DNA from: Rhodothermales bacterium
GTDB lineage: Bacteria; Bacteroidota; Rhodothermia; Rhodothermales; Bin80
Assembly (NCBI GenBank): GCA_965207565.1
Contig: CBDBMQ010000024.1
Coordinates: 125,860 to 189,859, forward strand
Reading direction: 5' to 3'
DNA length: 64,000 nt
Made by a program: the position numbers and the translations under genes. The stretch's first letter is position 1. Each line of letters starts with the position of its first letter. The notes under the pieces were generated by a model. The model saw nothing but the letters and a program-made list of their open reading frames with translations, was not told where the DNA came from and made no database searches. Below, in pieces: positions 18,102 to 28,200 of the stretch.

Positions 18102-19890
18102 TTTCGATTTATTTTACATTTTTTCGAGAATCTGTCTCATTAAGTGATACTTACGGGATTTGTCGGCGAAATTTTTCGTTGAAATCTGTAATTTCCGCAC
18201 CGTTCTTTCTTGATTTTTTCATTCCACCGCCATGAGTTCTTCTGAACCTGAGGACAATTGGTGGAGCAATTCATTAGGCGGCGGCGGTTCTACGACTGGG
18301 GTCAAAGAGTGTCCGGTCGCGAAGCATCACACAGGCGATGGCCAAGAGTCGATCAGCAACGGATCGCAGAGCTCGGCCGTGGCTATGTCCTCGCTTACGT
18401 AGGGCATCGTACTTTGCTCTGCTGATGGGATCATGCTGAATGGCCACTCTGCTCCAGTGGTATACTGCATTACCCAAGCGGGCTTGGCAGGCTTTTCTTC
18501 GAACGACCTTCCACGATTTCCCAGAACGTTTCGTCACGGGTGCCACCCCACACAAACATCGTAGGGCTCGATAGTCTTGCTCACTGAGCAATCCATAGGC
18601 CTCCGAGATGAGCGCAGCCAGGACCGTTGGTCCCATGCCTGGAATGGATAACAGGATCTCCACATCGCTCAAGGGTTTTTCCTCGGAGGATGTTTTCTTC
18701 TCTTGGTTCAAAGCGCAGTTTGAAGTAGCTGGGCTCTGAGCATCGTTGAGCGAATCAAGGATCGTTTTCATGGCTTGTTTCGCTTCGCTGATCTGCCGTT
18801 CAAGCAGTTCAAGCTGCTGCAGATGAATTCGGATGCTGGCCGTTGCCGCCTCAACGACACCCGCTGCAACGCGGATGGGTTGGGTTCGCAGGTGGGTTAG
18901 AACCTGCTCCGCATTCAAACGCCGTATACGGTGTTTTTTCAGCACCTTTGTCACAGAACTAAGATGAACCCGGCGAGCACGCTTAGGCGTGAGAATGAGT
19001 TTCCAGAGGTCTCGGAGCGCTGGCGAATACAATGCAAACCCGAGCGTGAGGAACTGTGGGAAATAACGCCAGAATTGGGTTCGGATCTGGTGGGTGAGGC
19101 GAGTACGCTGGGTCGTCAGTTCCTGGTTCATCCGTGACCACTCACGCAGCTGGACAATCTTGGGATCCATTGGATTCAGTTCCCGAAAGCATCCTATATC
19201 AGTCCGGAGGGCATCGGCGATGACGCGGGCATCTCGGCGGTCATCTTTGGCCCCTGCCGGCGATAACCGATCTCGAAATCGGTCTGCTTGTTTGGGATTG
19301 ATGGAAAAGACGTGAAACCCTCGCTCCAACAGAGTGTCCACAACGGGACCGTGCGGAACCTCAATGCCGACTGCAATCTTATCTGCAGCGCAGCCTGCGC
19401 GGTCAAGGATCCAATCTGCCAGCTGTTGGAGGCCTTCTCCAGAATGAGAAAACACCTTCTCACCTAGAAGAATGCCCTCCAAGGTCAGGATGCAGACTTG
19501 GTGAAACTGAGAACCCCAGTCCGCACCAATAAAGATGGTGAATCTAGATTTTATAGACATGATTTGAGTATCTTTAAGGTTAGAAGATTGCGGGTCGCCG
19601 TGACGTTCCGTCTGTCCCTGTATCGGTGCTCAATGGCACTAACTCCCTACTGGACGTGGATCACGGTACTCCCTGGGGCACAGATCCGACTCAGGCGTTC
19701 AAGACGCAGGGGCGATTTGGTTGCTCCCAGGGAGTTACCCGCATTTACATGATGCAAAACAAAAGCTGTTGTTTTGTAAATCTAAAAAACCCGACCGTAT
19801 AGCAACTCAAAACATTCAGCTATACTGCCGATTTTTTATTTTATGATTTTACAAAATTGGACTCAGTTAAACATCACCTATAAGATACAG
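18080..19890 (-). mobile_element. IS110-family element (approximate bounds) inserted in the IS1380 transposase gene
   Basis: Lies between the two halves of the IS1380 ORF. No IRs, as expected for IS110. Confidence 0.6.
18274..19560 (-). CDS. IS110-family (DEDD) transposase/recombinase
   Basis: FIGADWGSQFHQVCIL N-terminus. C-terminal LLSIPGMGPTVLAALISE...CGVAPVTKRSGK...RLGNAVYHWSRVA is Transposase_20-type. Confidence 0.85.
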   Translation of the reverse strand: MSIKSRFTIFIGADWGSQFHQVCILTLEGILLGEKVFSHSGEGLQQLADWILDRAGCAADKIAVGIEVPHGPVVDTLLERGFHVFSINPKQADRFRDRLSPAGAKDDRRDARVIADALRTDIGCFRELNPMDPKIVQLREWSRMNQELTTQRTRLTHQIRTQFWRYFPQFLTLGFALYSPALRDLWKLILTPKRARRVHLSSVTKVLKKHRIRRLNAEQVLTHLRTQPIRVAAGVVEAATASIRIHLQQLELLERQISEAKQAMKTILDSLNDAQSPATSNCALNQEKKTSSEEKPLSDVEILLSIPGMGPTVLAALISEAYGLLSEQDYRALRCLCGVAPVTKRSGKSWKVVRRKACQARLGNAVYHWSRVAIQHDPISRAKYDALRKRGHSHGRALRSVADRLLAIACVMLRDRTLFDPSRRTAAA

Positions 19891-19900
19891 GGGTGATGGG

Positions 19901-21138
19901 GTGGTCGGATCGGATCGTACGTTGGCATCGCAGCCCACCATGTCCCGCTTGGTGGGTCTGCTCGGCATGGTTAAGAATCTGGTTCACTTGAAGGCAGCGC
20001 TTCTGAAGGTGGGGATGGAGTATATGCTGGTTCAAAACGGTGGACGGCGGCGCGATGAAGTGGTCATTGATGTGGATGCGATGCCCATGGACGCACACGG
20101 CAACCAGCTTGGCAGCAAGTATCATGGGCATTATAAGCGAACCATCTTCCTTCCCCTGATTGCTTCGTGCGGGGAGACCGGGGATGTGCTCGGGGCGCAA
20201 TTGCGCCCCGGAACTCAGCGCGAGGTCACCGATTGCGAGGACTTCATCGTTCCCATCGCCCATGCGGTGCGCCAGCATGTCGCCGACCAGGTCATTGTCC
20301 GTATGGACGCCGGCTTCAATAGTGGTGCGTTGTGTGCACGACTGGAGACCGAAAATATTGGCTATCTCATGCGTCTACGCAAGAACAAGACACTGGAGAA
20401 AATGGCCGCAAAGTACGTGAAGGATCGCCCGGTGGAGGATATGACCTGCATTGAGTTGACGTATGGTGCGCAGTCGTGGGAATGTACTCGTCGGGTGGTA
20501 TTGGTGATCAAGTCGCGTCCTGGAGAGCTCTATGACAGGGTCTATTTTTTGGTGACCAATCTTGACGCAAAGATGTATCCAGGGCAGAAGTTGGTCCCCA
20601 TGTACAGTCAACGCGGGAAGGCGGAGATGCATCAGGGCGAGATGAAAATCTCCAGCAGCGCATCATTGTCGTCCTCTCCACGCCCCAAGTCGCATTACCG
20701 TCAGAGACCGATTGAGCGTACATACGAAGTGGATCCAGATGCGGAGGTCGGCGCAGAGAATGATGTGCGCCTTCAGATCTTCATGCTGGTCTACCAGATT
20801 CTTCACATCAGTCGATGCAACTTGCATAGTCCGCCTCCATCGTTGGATGAGACGCCATCGTCTGAAAAGACTCCACCGGCGTCGACGCAATGTGCCGAGG
20901 GGCTGTGCTGGACGAATCAACGGGGGGCGCCGTGGAGACTGACTCCCCGGATCTCGATAGGGAAGAATCTCACATGCACATTCGCCTCTTCCGACTGTGT
21001 GTGCTGAAGGTCGGTGCAACCATGGCACGTCATGGCCGCTATGTAACCTTTTATATCGCCCAGTCAGCAGTGCAGGCCTGGGAGCGTTTCTTGAAACACT
21101 TTCAGCAGTTGCAATGGCATACCGTACCGGAATACTGA
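19901..21138 (+). pseudogene. IS1380 transposase, central and C-terminal parts (frameshifted)
   Basis: DRTLASQPTMSRL...VVIDVDAMPMDAHGNQLGSKYHGHYKRTIFLPL...LRPGTQ...VRMDAGF. The C-terminal LFRLCVLKVGATMARHGRYVTFYI is in another frame (20890..21138). Confidence 0.7.
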
Positions 21139-21458
21139 AGCTGAGACTTTCCGCTACACCCGGAATTCGTGCCTGCTTCGGGCCGGACTCCGATGCGAAC
21201 ATCCTCCCCAGAGGTGATTCTTGGAACGAGTGTGGAGCGAAATGTGCCTCCCTGTAGGACTGGACTGCACATGAGGAATGGGTAGACATGAAATCTACCT
21301 CAATCAACCCGGAAAATATGCGAGAATGACCTTGTGGGTCGCCCCAATCGTGAAGGCAAACTCGCAAATTCCGTCTCACACAGGAAATCCTGACTCCTCA
21401 CAATCAAAAACGCACTTTGTAGCCTTGGGAAAATTCGTGATGAATAATATGGGATTGA

Positions 21459-22587
21459 GGCAGACGTCACGGCCTATTGCGGGCAACCCCGCAGGCGTGA
21501 GGGGAGGAAGTATCAACGTTGGGGCAGCAATCCTGTCTCCATCTGTCTGGACGCAGCACGGGTCAAGATCTCAGTGCCGCGTGTGCGCAACCAGGAGACG
21601 AACAAAGAACAACCGCTGAAGACCTATCAAGCCCTCCACAAAAGGCAGGGGGCGTTTTTGGCAAAGCTGATCAAGCGACTGCTGTTGGGACTTTCTCAAC
21701 GCAGTTACAACGAGACGGCCGCAGAAGCGGCCGAGAGTTTCGGGTTGAGCGCCAGTTCTGTGGGCCGGAGATTTGTTGCGGAGACAGCCAAATCCCTGGA
21801 GGAATTCATGAATCGCCGGTTTGATGATCAGACGTTTATCGCCATCTCGCTGGATGGAAAGACGTTGCGCGGTCGCCAAATGATCCTGTGTCGGGGAATT
21901 ACGGTGACCGGCGAGAAGTTGATTCTGGGAGTTACGGAATCCAGTACAGAAAACCATGAGAGTGTTCGGACTTTGCTGCTTGATCTGATCCAGCGCGGCT
22001 TCCGGCATATCGGACACCTGTTGGTGCTTATCGATGGCGCCAAGGGGCTACGCAAGAGTGTCCAGGACGTATTTGGTGCGCAGGCCTTAATCCAACGGTA
22101 TCAATGGCACAAGCAGGAAAACGTAGCGCGTCACATCAAAGAGGAGTCGGGCAAAAAGCGGGTAAAAGCAAAGATGGAGGCGGCCTACGCACAACCCACT
22201 TACGCGCAGGCCAAACGCGCACTTGCGAAAATCGAAGAGGAGCTTGAACAAGAATCCGCGCGCGCAGCAGCCAGTCTGCGAGAGGGGATGGAAGAAACGT
22301 TGACGCTGCACAAACTGGGGGTAGCCGAGCCACTTCGCAATAGCCTAAGAACCACCAATACGATTGAAAACGTGAACAGTCTTCTGGCACATGGTACGCG
22401 TAATGTCAAACGATGGTCGAACTCACACCAACGTCAGCGATGGATCGCGGCGGTCTGTCTGCACGCCGAAAAAAGACTCACGCAGATCCCCAACAACGCA
22501 CAACTGAGAGCCTTGGTTCACAGGCTTGAACACTACCATGAACCTGTAAATCGTTATCTTAAAACCTCACGTCACGCTCCCTTTTAG
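21459..22587 (+). pseudogene. IS256-family transposase gene B, 3' segment
   Basis: KISVPRVRN, IAISLDGKTL, LVLIDGAKGL, QRYQWHKQENV and TTNTIENVNSLL (DDE intact). The upstream in-frame stop at 21445-21447 lies inside the IS1380 IRR. Confidence 0.75.
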
Positions 22588-22591
22588 CCAA

Positions 22592-24802
22592 CTAACAATG
22601 GAGCATTCCCGCGTTCAGGGCGGATTTGATTTTGCTCTGTGAGAATGGAATGGGAGCTGGCTCTCCGGTACCCCAATCTGCAGAGCGAATACTCACCACA
22701 TCGGGCTTGATGATCTTTTTCTCTGCAAAATATCTGGCCGTTCCCAGTAAAGACAGGCGGTGAGTAAAGACAATGACTTGCTTATCCTGAGACAACTTGA
22801 TCAGCCTTTGAATCATGGCCTCTTCATAGCTTTGGTCAAGCGAGGATATTGGATCGTCAAATATAACCGGGGCCTGGCTACTCTTGCCGGTGACATCAGC
22901 CAAAAAAGCTGCAATGGAAACGATCCGATTTTCTCCCTCGCTCAGGACATCGGCGAGACCACCTTGAGAGGCATTTCGAAGCTGAAGCTTATGAAGAACT
23001 CGGCCCTTGGAGACTCTTGATTTCACGAGTTCAACCTTCACCTGAGACGCACCAAGCGCCTTGAGCTCCGCATTGAACCTTTTCACGAACGCATCCGTGA
23101 TCAAGGCTTGTGCTATCTCCCCTTTCTTTCTTGATAACGCTGTCGTATCAGCAGATTTTCTAGCTTCCTTGATCTGATTCAGCAGCTTCAATCGGTTGAC
23201 TTCTTCTTCAATGACGGTGCGGTGCTCAGACAACCACTTTCTGACCTGTAGGCTGTTTATATTTTTCTTGATTTCGTCTCGATTATCGCTTTTGGCGTCT
23301 TGGTCATATCCTACCGCGAGTTCACCAAGGCTCTTCGAGTGGGCATTGGCTTCTTCAATCCATTTCGGTGAGGGCGGAGGATCGGGAATGGCTTCTTCGG
23401 AATCAACCCCAAGAAGTTGGTCTTTCCTAGCCTGCAATTGAGCAAAGAAATCCGTTACCTGGGTGGCAAATTCATCCTGTAAAATACCTGTCACATCAAT
23501 ACGTGTCTTCAGTGACTCCGATGGGGGTAGTGCCTCGATAGTTTGACTGGCGGTCTCATATTCCTTGGCCGCATCCGTTGCGGCTTTCTGTATCTTGCCC
23601 TTCACAAAATCTTCAAGGGAGACCAACCGCTCCTTGGCCTCATGGGTCAAGGTCTGGTAGCACAAGACACAATGGGAACCATCAGAAACATTCGGGTATT
23701 CGGCTTCTTTGTAGGCAACCGATACGGAATAACTTCGGGCCGCTTCTCAAAACTCTTTCCAGACATCAGAGCCGATGCCGTCTAATTCGTTTCTGGAGGA
23801 CATCTTCGCCGCTGCCGTATCTGCCGCTGTCTTTTTGAGGATAGACTTCTTCTTAGAAGCAATGATCCGTCGATAATTCGCATCCGACAATTGCTCTAGA
23901 TACTTTTGGGCGTCTTGGACCAGAGTGTCAATGTGCTGTTTCTGCTTTCTCAGCTGCTGCGCTTTTTCTGCCGGTGCCTGTTCGGCAAGGCGCTGTTGTA
24001 GCGTTTGCATCTCCGTCTCGTCAATGCTGCTGAATACGCAGTGCCTGCTGACGTCTTGAGGTTTTGTTTCCGCGCTTATGGCTTCATACCAGATGCCTTC
24101 TGGAGTTACCTTCCCGTCAGCCGGGATATTCGGCTTTCTAGACTGATGCCGATTGCTCTCGGCATCCAGAGCTGATGCGACTTTTTCACATGTGAGGATA
24201 AGCGAACTGAAAAACGATAACTCCAGCGGCTCATAGCTCACCTCACCTTCGCGGATGACAAAAACCTTGCCATGAGATGCATCAAAAATATCAATGCTCT
24301 TGAGGTCATCGAAGATACCTTGTCCTGACCACATACGACTGTCCAGAATGCCGTCCTGCTCAAACGAAATGCAGGCTTTTTGTACGACAGAGCCGGACTC
24401 ATAAACATTGCGGTGAAGGGGACCCGTCTCGCGGGCTCCGCATACATGTTTGAGGAGTCTGACGTAACCGGATTTCCCTGACCCATTGTTGCCATAGACA
24501 ATCGTGATATTACTCCTACCAAATTCAAGTGGCTTTCTCGGAGCAAGGGCATTTACTCCTTCGACGTCACTGATTGAACATAAACGCAAGGTACCAGCAA
24601 CGCCCTGGGAGAATACGCAAGTGGGAAATGAGCGGATCGTTTGGGGCAACTTCCCGTCAGCTTCCTGCTGGCATAGGGTTGCGAGTTTGGATACGTCTTT
24701 GTCAGTAAGTTCAGGCTGTTGAAGAAGCCGCGTCGCCGCAATCTGGAGCCACTGGGGGCGCCCTGAAAACCATTGTGTCAGTGATGCCGATACGCCGTTC
24801 AT
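22592..24802 (-). pseudogene. AAA_13-type ABC ATPase (PrrC/RloC-like N-domain architecture) with an in-frame TGA, 3'-truncated by the IS256-like element
   Basis: Walker A YGNNGSGKSGY, long coiled-coil middle, LSEGENR signature, VIFDDPISSLD Walker B and VIVFTHR. TGA at 23747-23749 separates two in-frame ORFs. The last codons run into the IS IRR. Confidence 0.7.
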
Positions 24803-25213
24803 GTAATTCCCTTCCTCTCCATTTTTAGTGTTCCGATGTTTCGTCGTTCTTACGTCCTGACTTCAACCTGATTTCAATGCAAGAAATCGAGTACCACAGA
24901 ACTCAGTAATTGTAATCTCCTCAAGCTGGATCATGACCTCCCCCGCTCATTAGGTTTTTCAAAGGCCATGACCAGGCCTCTGCTGTAGGATTGTTTTCGG
25001 CAATCATTTAAATATGAGTCCGCTGGATACACTCCTGAAGATCTGAGAGCAGGTCATTGAGGATTTCTTCCTTGGTTGCGGACATGCGTTTCGTTTGAAG
25101 ATTTGATCATCGGACATGGGGAGATCTCGGGTTTGATTTCCGAAACCATTCCTATCCCCCCGACCTCCATCTATGGATTGCAGTGATGGTTCACCACAGA
25201 TCCCCCAAACCAA

Positions 25214-25243
25214 AAGCGCCCCGGTACCGAAGTACCGGGGCGC
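25214..25243 (-). terminator. Rho-independent terminator candidate for the 25282..30897 gene
   Basis: agcgccccggtac cgaa gtaccggggcgct is a 13-bp GC-rich stem. It is followed on the minus strand by TTTGGTTTGG. Confidence 0.6.
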
Positions 25244-25281
25244 TTTGTTGAAGCTTGAGTAGCTTGGCTACTCGGTGTGCT

Positions 25282-28200
25282 CTACTTCACCAGTGTCATG
25301 CGACCTGTCTTCACATACCTGCTCTCTGCTCCGGTCGCAATCATCCGATACAGATAGGTCCCTGATGCAAGATTAATCGCATTGAGCTCGATGCTCCGAT
25401 TGGCTCCTGCTTCAAATTCCTTCTCTGGTAACGTCATCACTTCGCGACCCAGCATGTCTACAATCTGCAGACTTACCTGTGCCGTCTCGGGAAGGTCAAA
25501 CTGGATCCGTGTTGACGGATTGAACGGGTTCGGATAGTTTCCATGCAGCGTGAACTCCGTCGGAAGCTCTACCCTTTCGTCCTCTATGTCTGTAGCCGTC
25601 ACGGCCTGTACTTCGCCACCCCGGATGTCGACTCCAAATATCCCGAAGTCAGCGCCTGGCACGACCTTACTACCCGACAGGTTCAGCACTACCGTCTCAC
25701 CCTGATATCCACTCAGCGAGACCAAAGATACATATGAGTCCTTTGAATCGTACACTTCGATGTTGTGGAAGCCAGGCTCAAATGAGAGATAGTTCGTGCT
25801 CTCTCCAAACTTGATGTTGTTCGCCAACAATGCCGTTGCCGAATGATCAGAAGTCATATCAAGCAAGCGCACATCCACCTCTCCCAGATCAGCAGACCCA
25901 TGCACCAGGATCGCATCCACCATGTTATCCGCCAAGGATGCCATTCTAGTTTCAAAGACATCCACCCCGTAATTCGTCAACGAACCATGGGCAACGACAG
26001 CATAGCTGGCATCCGGTGCAAGCGATAGCGGGACGTCGGTGGATTGATCAGCAGGTGCACCAACGACCGAAAACGTCGCTTCGTGCGACCCGGAGGCAAC
26101 AACCGCGTAACCAGTTGCGTTGCGGAACTCCATATTACTCTGCAGCGGGACACCATCCAGTGACAGATTCACCGGAGCCGGAAGAAGAGCATTGTGAATG
26201 AACTGGACCCGAGACAGACCACCTGTAATTGGATCCAGGTGAATCGGATTCTCAATCCCATTCGCTGCAACCCCGAGGATTGCACACATTCCAACATCAA
26301 CGCTCTCATTCGTTAGGTTCGGAACCCCATTCACATAGCCATTTTCCGCAAATGACGCTTCGTTCGCCTCTCCGATGATTTGGGTTCCAGCCAAACGCGG
26401 ATTACTCCAGTCGCAATCCCACTGCACCATGCGTAGTCCGTCCACATCAAATACGTTCGCCAATCCACCTGCGGCAATACGAACATGAGGGTTCTGCTCA
26501 ACTCCCTCTGCGAATTCCACCTTCCAGAAAATATCCGAGTGTGCATCAAGAGTCAGTAAGCCACCCAGTGTGGGAGCCAGAATATTGTCTGATGGCCAGG
26601 ATGGCGCTTCACCTTCTGGCACCATCACTGAAGATACCGTGACCGTGTCTGCAGATGCTAGATCGTCCTCAAATTGCATGACCAGCGGGCGATAATGAGA
26701 CATATCCCCACTCATGCCTCCAACGGGGAACAGATATCCACCGCTCGTTTCACCGGCACCAGAATTCCCCTGCTCTACATGGCGAGAAACTCCAGCGGAT
26801 GCATGTGCACGGCGAGAGCCTCCCTTAATGACGCTGGCGCAACTCGCATCATCTGCACAGGTCATCAGAGCATTATTGCGTCCCCTGACGTCCTGTTCAA
26901 TGTTCGTGTTCTTCACGGTCCACGTATAGTCATCCGCACTGCTGATGATTCCACGCGTCAGCGTCAACGTACTTGAGGCACCTTGCATCACATTGCTGCC
27001 AAGCACAATTCCCTTTGAATTGTTCACCTCTACATTGCCTAGATCAACCGCGGAGGAAACCGACTGGGATTCTTTCCCAGAGAACTCAAGATTTGCATTG
27101 AGCATCTTATCAGAGCCTGTCTTGACCTTCGCGAGGCTGAAGTTTCCCTTCAGGACGATCTTCGTTTGATCGCCAGACTCATACCGGTGGGCACCATCTG
27201 CCACCGTGAAGTCGCCCATAACGGTTTTCACCGCAGGACCAGGTAGACCCACACCGTCCTGATGTCCAGCGTGTTGCGATCCTGCATTCTGCACGAAGTC
27301 GCCGCTGATAATCACTTTTGCCTCATCCCAGACGCGAATTCCTCCGGTCTCGCCGATGATGAAATCGCCACCAAATTTAAGCTCATTAGTCCGATTCACA
27401 TAGATCCTCGCAGAATTGAACTCGACATCCTTCTTGATCTCCATGGTAAACGACTCACCATGGGGCTCCACCTGGTCATAAAATTCAACCGCTGCATCAT
27501 TCATCGCTGCCAAACTGTCAATCACCACCTTTGTATCATGGAAGTTTAGCCCTCCGCCCCAGTTGTCACCTTTAGTCGCATCCTTCTTGGGGTTCCCGGT
27601 CCCATCCAGCACGATCACGTCAAATGCCTCTCCGGTAATATAAGTCTGTTTGCTTCCTTCCGGTACGTGAATCATACCCGTCACCGTCCCCGCACCGTCA
27701 CCTGTCTTCTCAACCGTCAAGTACACATCGGGTCGATCATCACCTGCCAAATCATTAGTGGGTTCCGTGTAAACTGGACCCAACTGAAATGTGCCTGTCC
27801 CCACATCAATCACCCCTTTTGCACCTACAGTAACTTTTGCACTGCCATCGACATAGAGATCATCTTTGTCGGTGTTACCCACCGCACGGAAATCTCCACC
27901 GCCCGTCATCAACTTGGCCACTTCCTTGTCGGTTGCTCCAATGATCACTGAATCATGCGCGACTACGTCGTTGCCGTTTGAATTTAGTGTACCGTCGTGA
28001 ATCACGAGAAATCGTTCCGCCGCCACACTTGAAGTGCCGACCGTCAGATCACCCATCGTGCTCAATGTCCCTTTCAGGATGTGAAGCTTGCCATTCAGCG
28101 TCGCTCCCTCAGTCAAAGTGATCTCCGCATCCTTGTGATTCACCGCAAGATCCCGGGTACCCGACGACAACTCACGCCCTACCTCCCTCGCGCCCTCAGT

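Larger units (their letters stand above)
17557..21453 (+). mobile_element. IS1380-family element (itself interrupted by IS110) with 5-bp target duplication ATTGA
   Basis: IRL cccataatattcat... at 17557 and IRR ...atgaataatatggg ending at 21453. ATTGA occurs at 17552-17556 and at 21454-21458. Confidence 0.75.
16392..22595 (+). mobile_element. IS256-like element with two tandem transposase-like genes, carrying nested IS1380 and IS110
   Basis: Terminal IRs TTAGTTGGTTAAAGGAAGCGTGA (16392-16414) and TCACGCTCCCTTTTAGCCAACTAA (22572-22595). These match in 21 of the 23-24 positions plus a 1-nt indel when reverse-complemented. Confidence 0.6.

Noticed and set aside
20663-21379. 238-aa minus-strand ORF
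   Set aside because: It is antisense to the C-terminal part of the IS1380 transposase and its 3' non-coding end. It has no motifs and is Arg-rich, as expected of an antisense translation.
23747-23749. In-frame TGA in the AAA_13 ATPase as evidence for a TGA-recoding genetic code
   Set aside because: TGA is used as an ordinary stop by several well-supported genes here (31603..33447, 44742..45674, trbC, trbD, trbE, and the 63214 methyltransferase). A nonsense mutation is the simpler reading.
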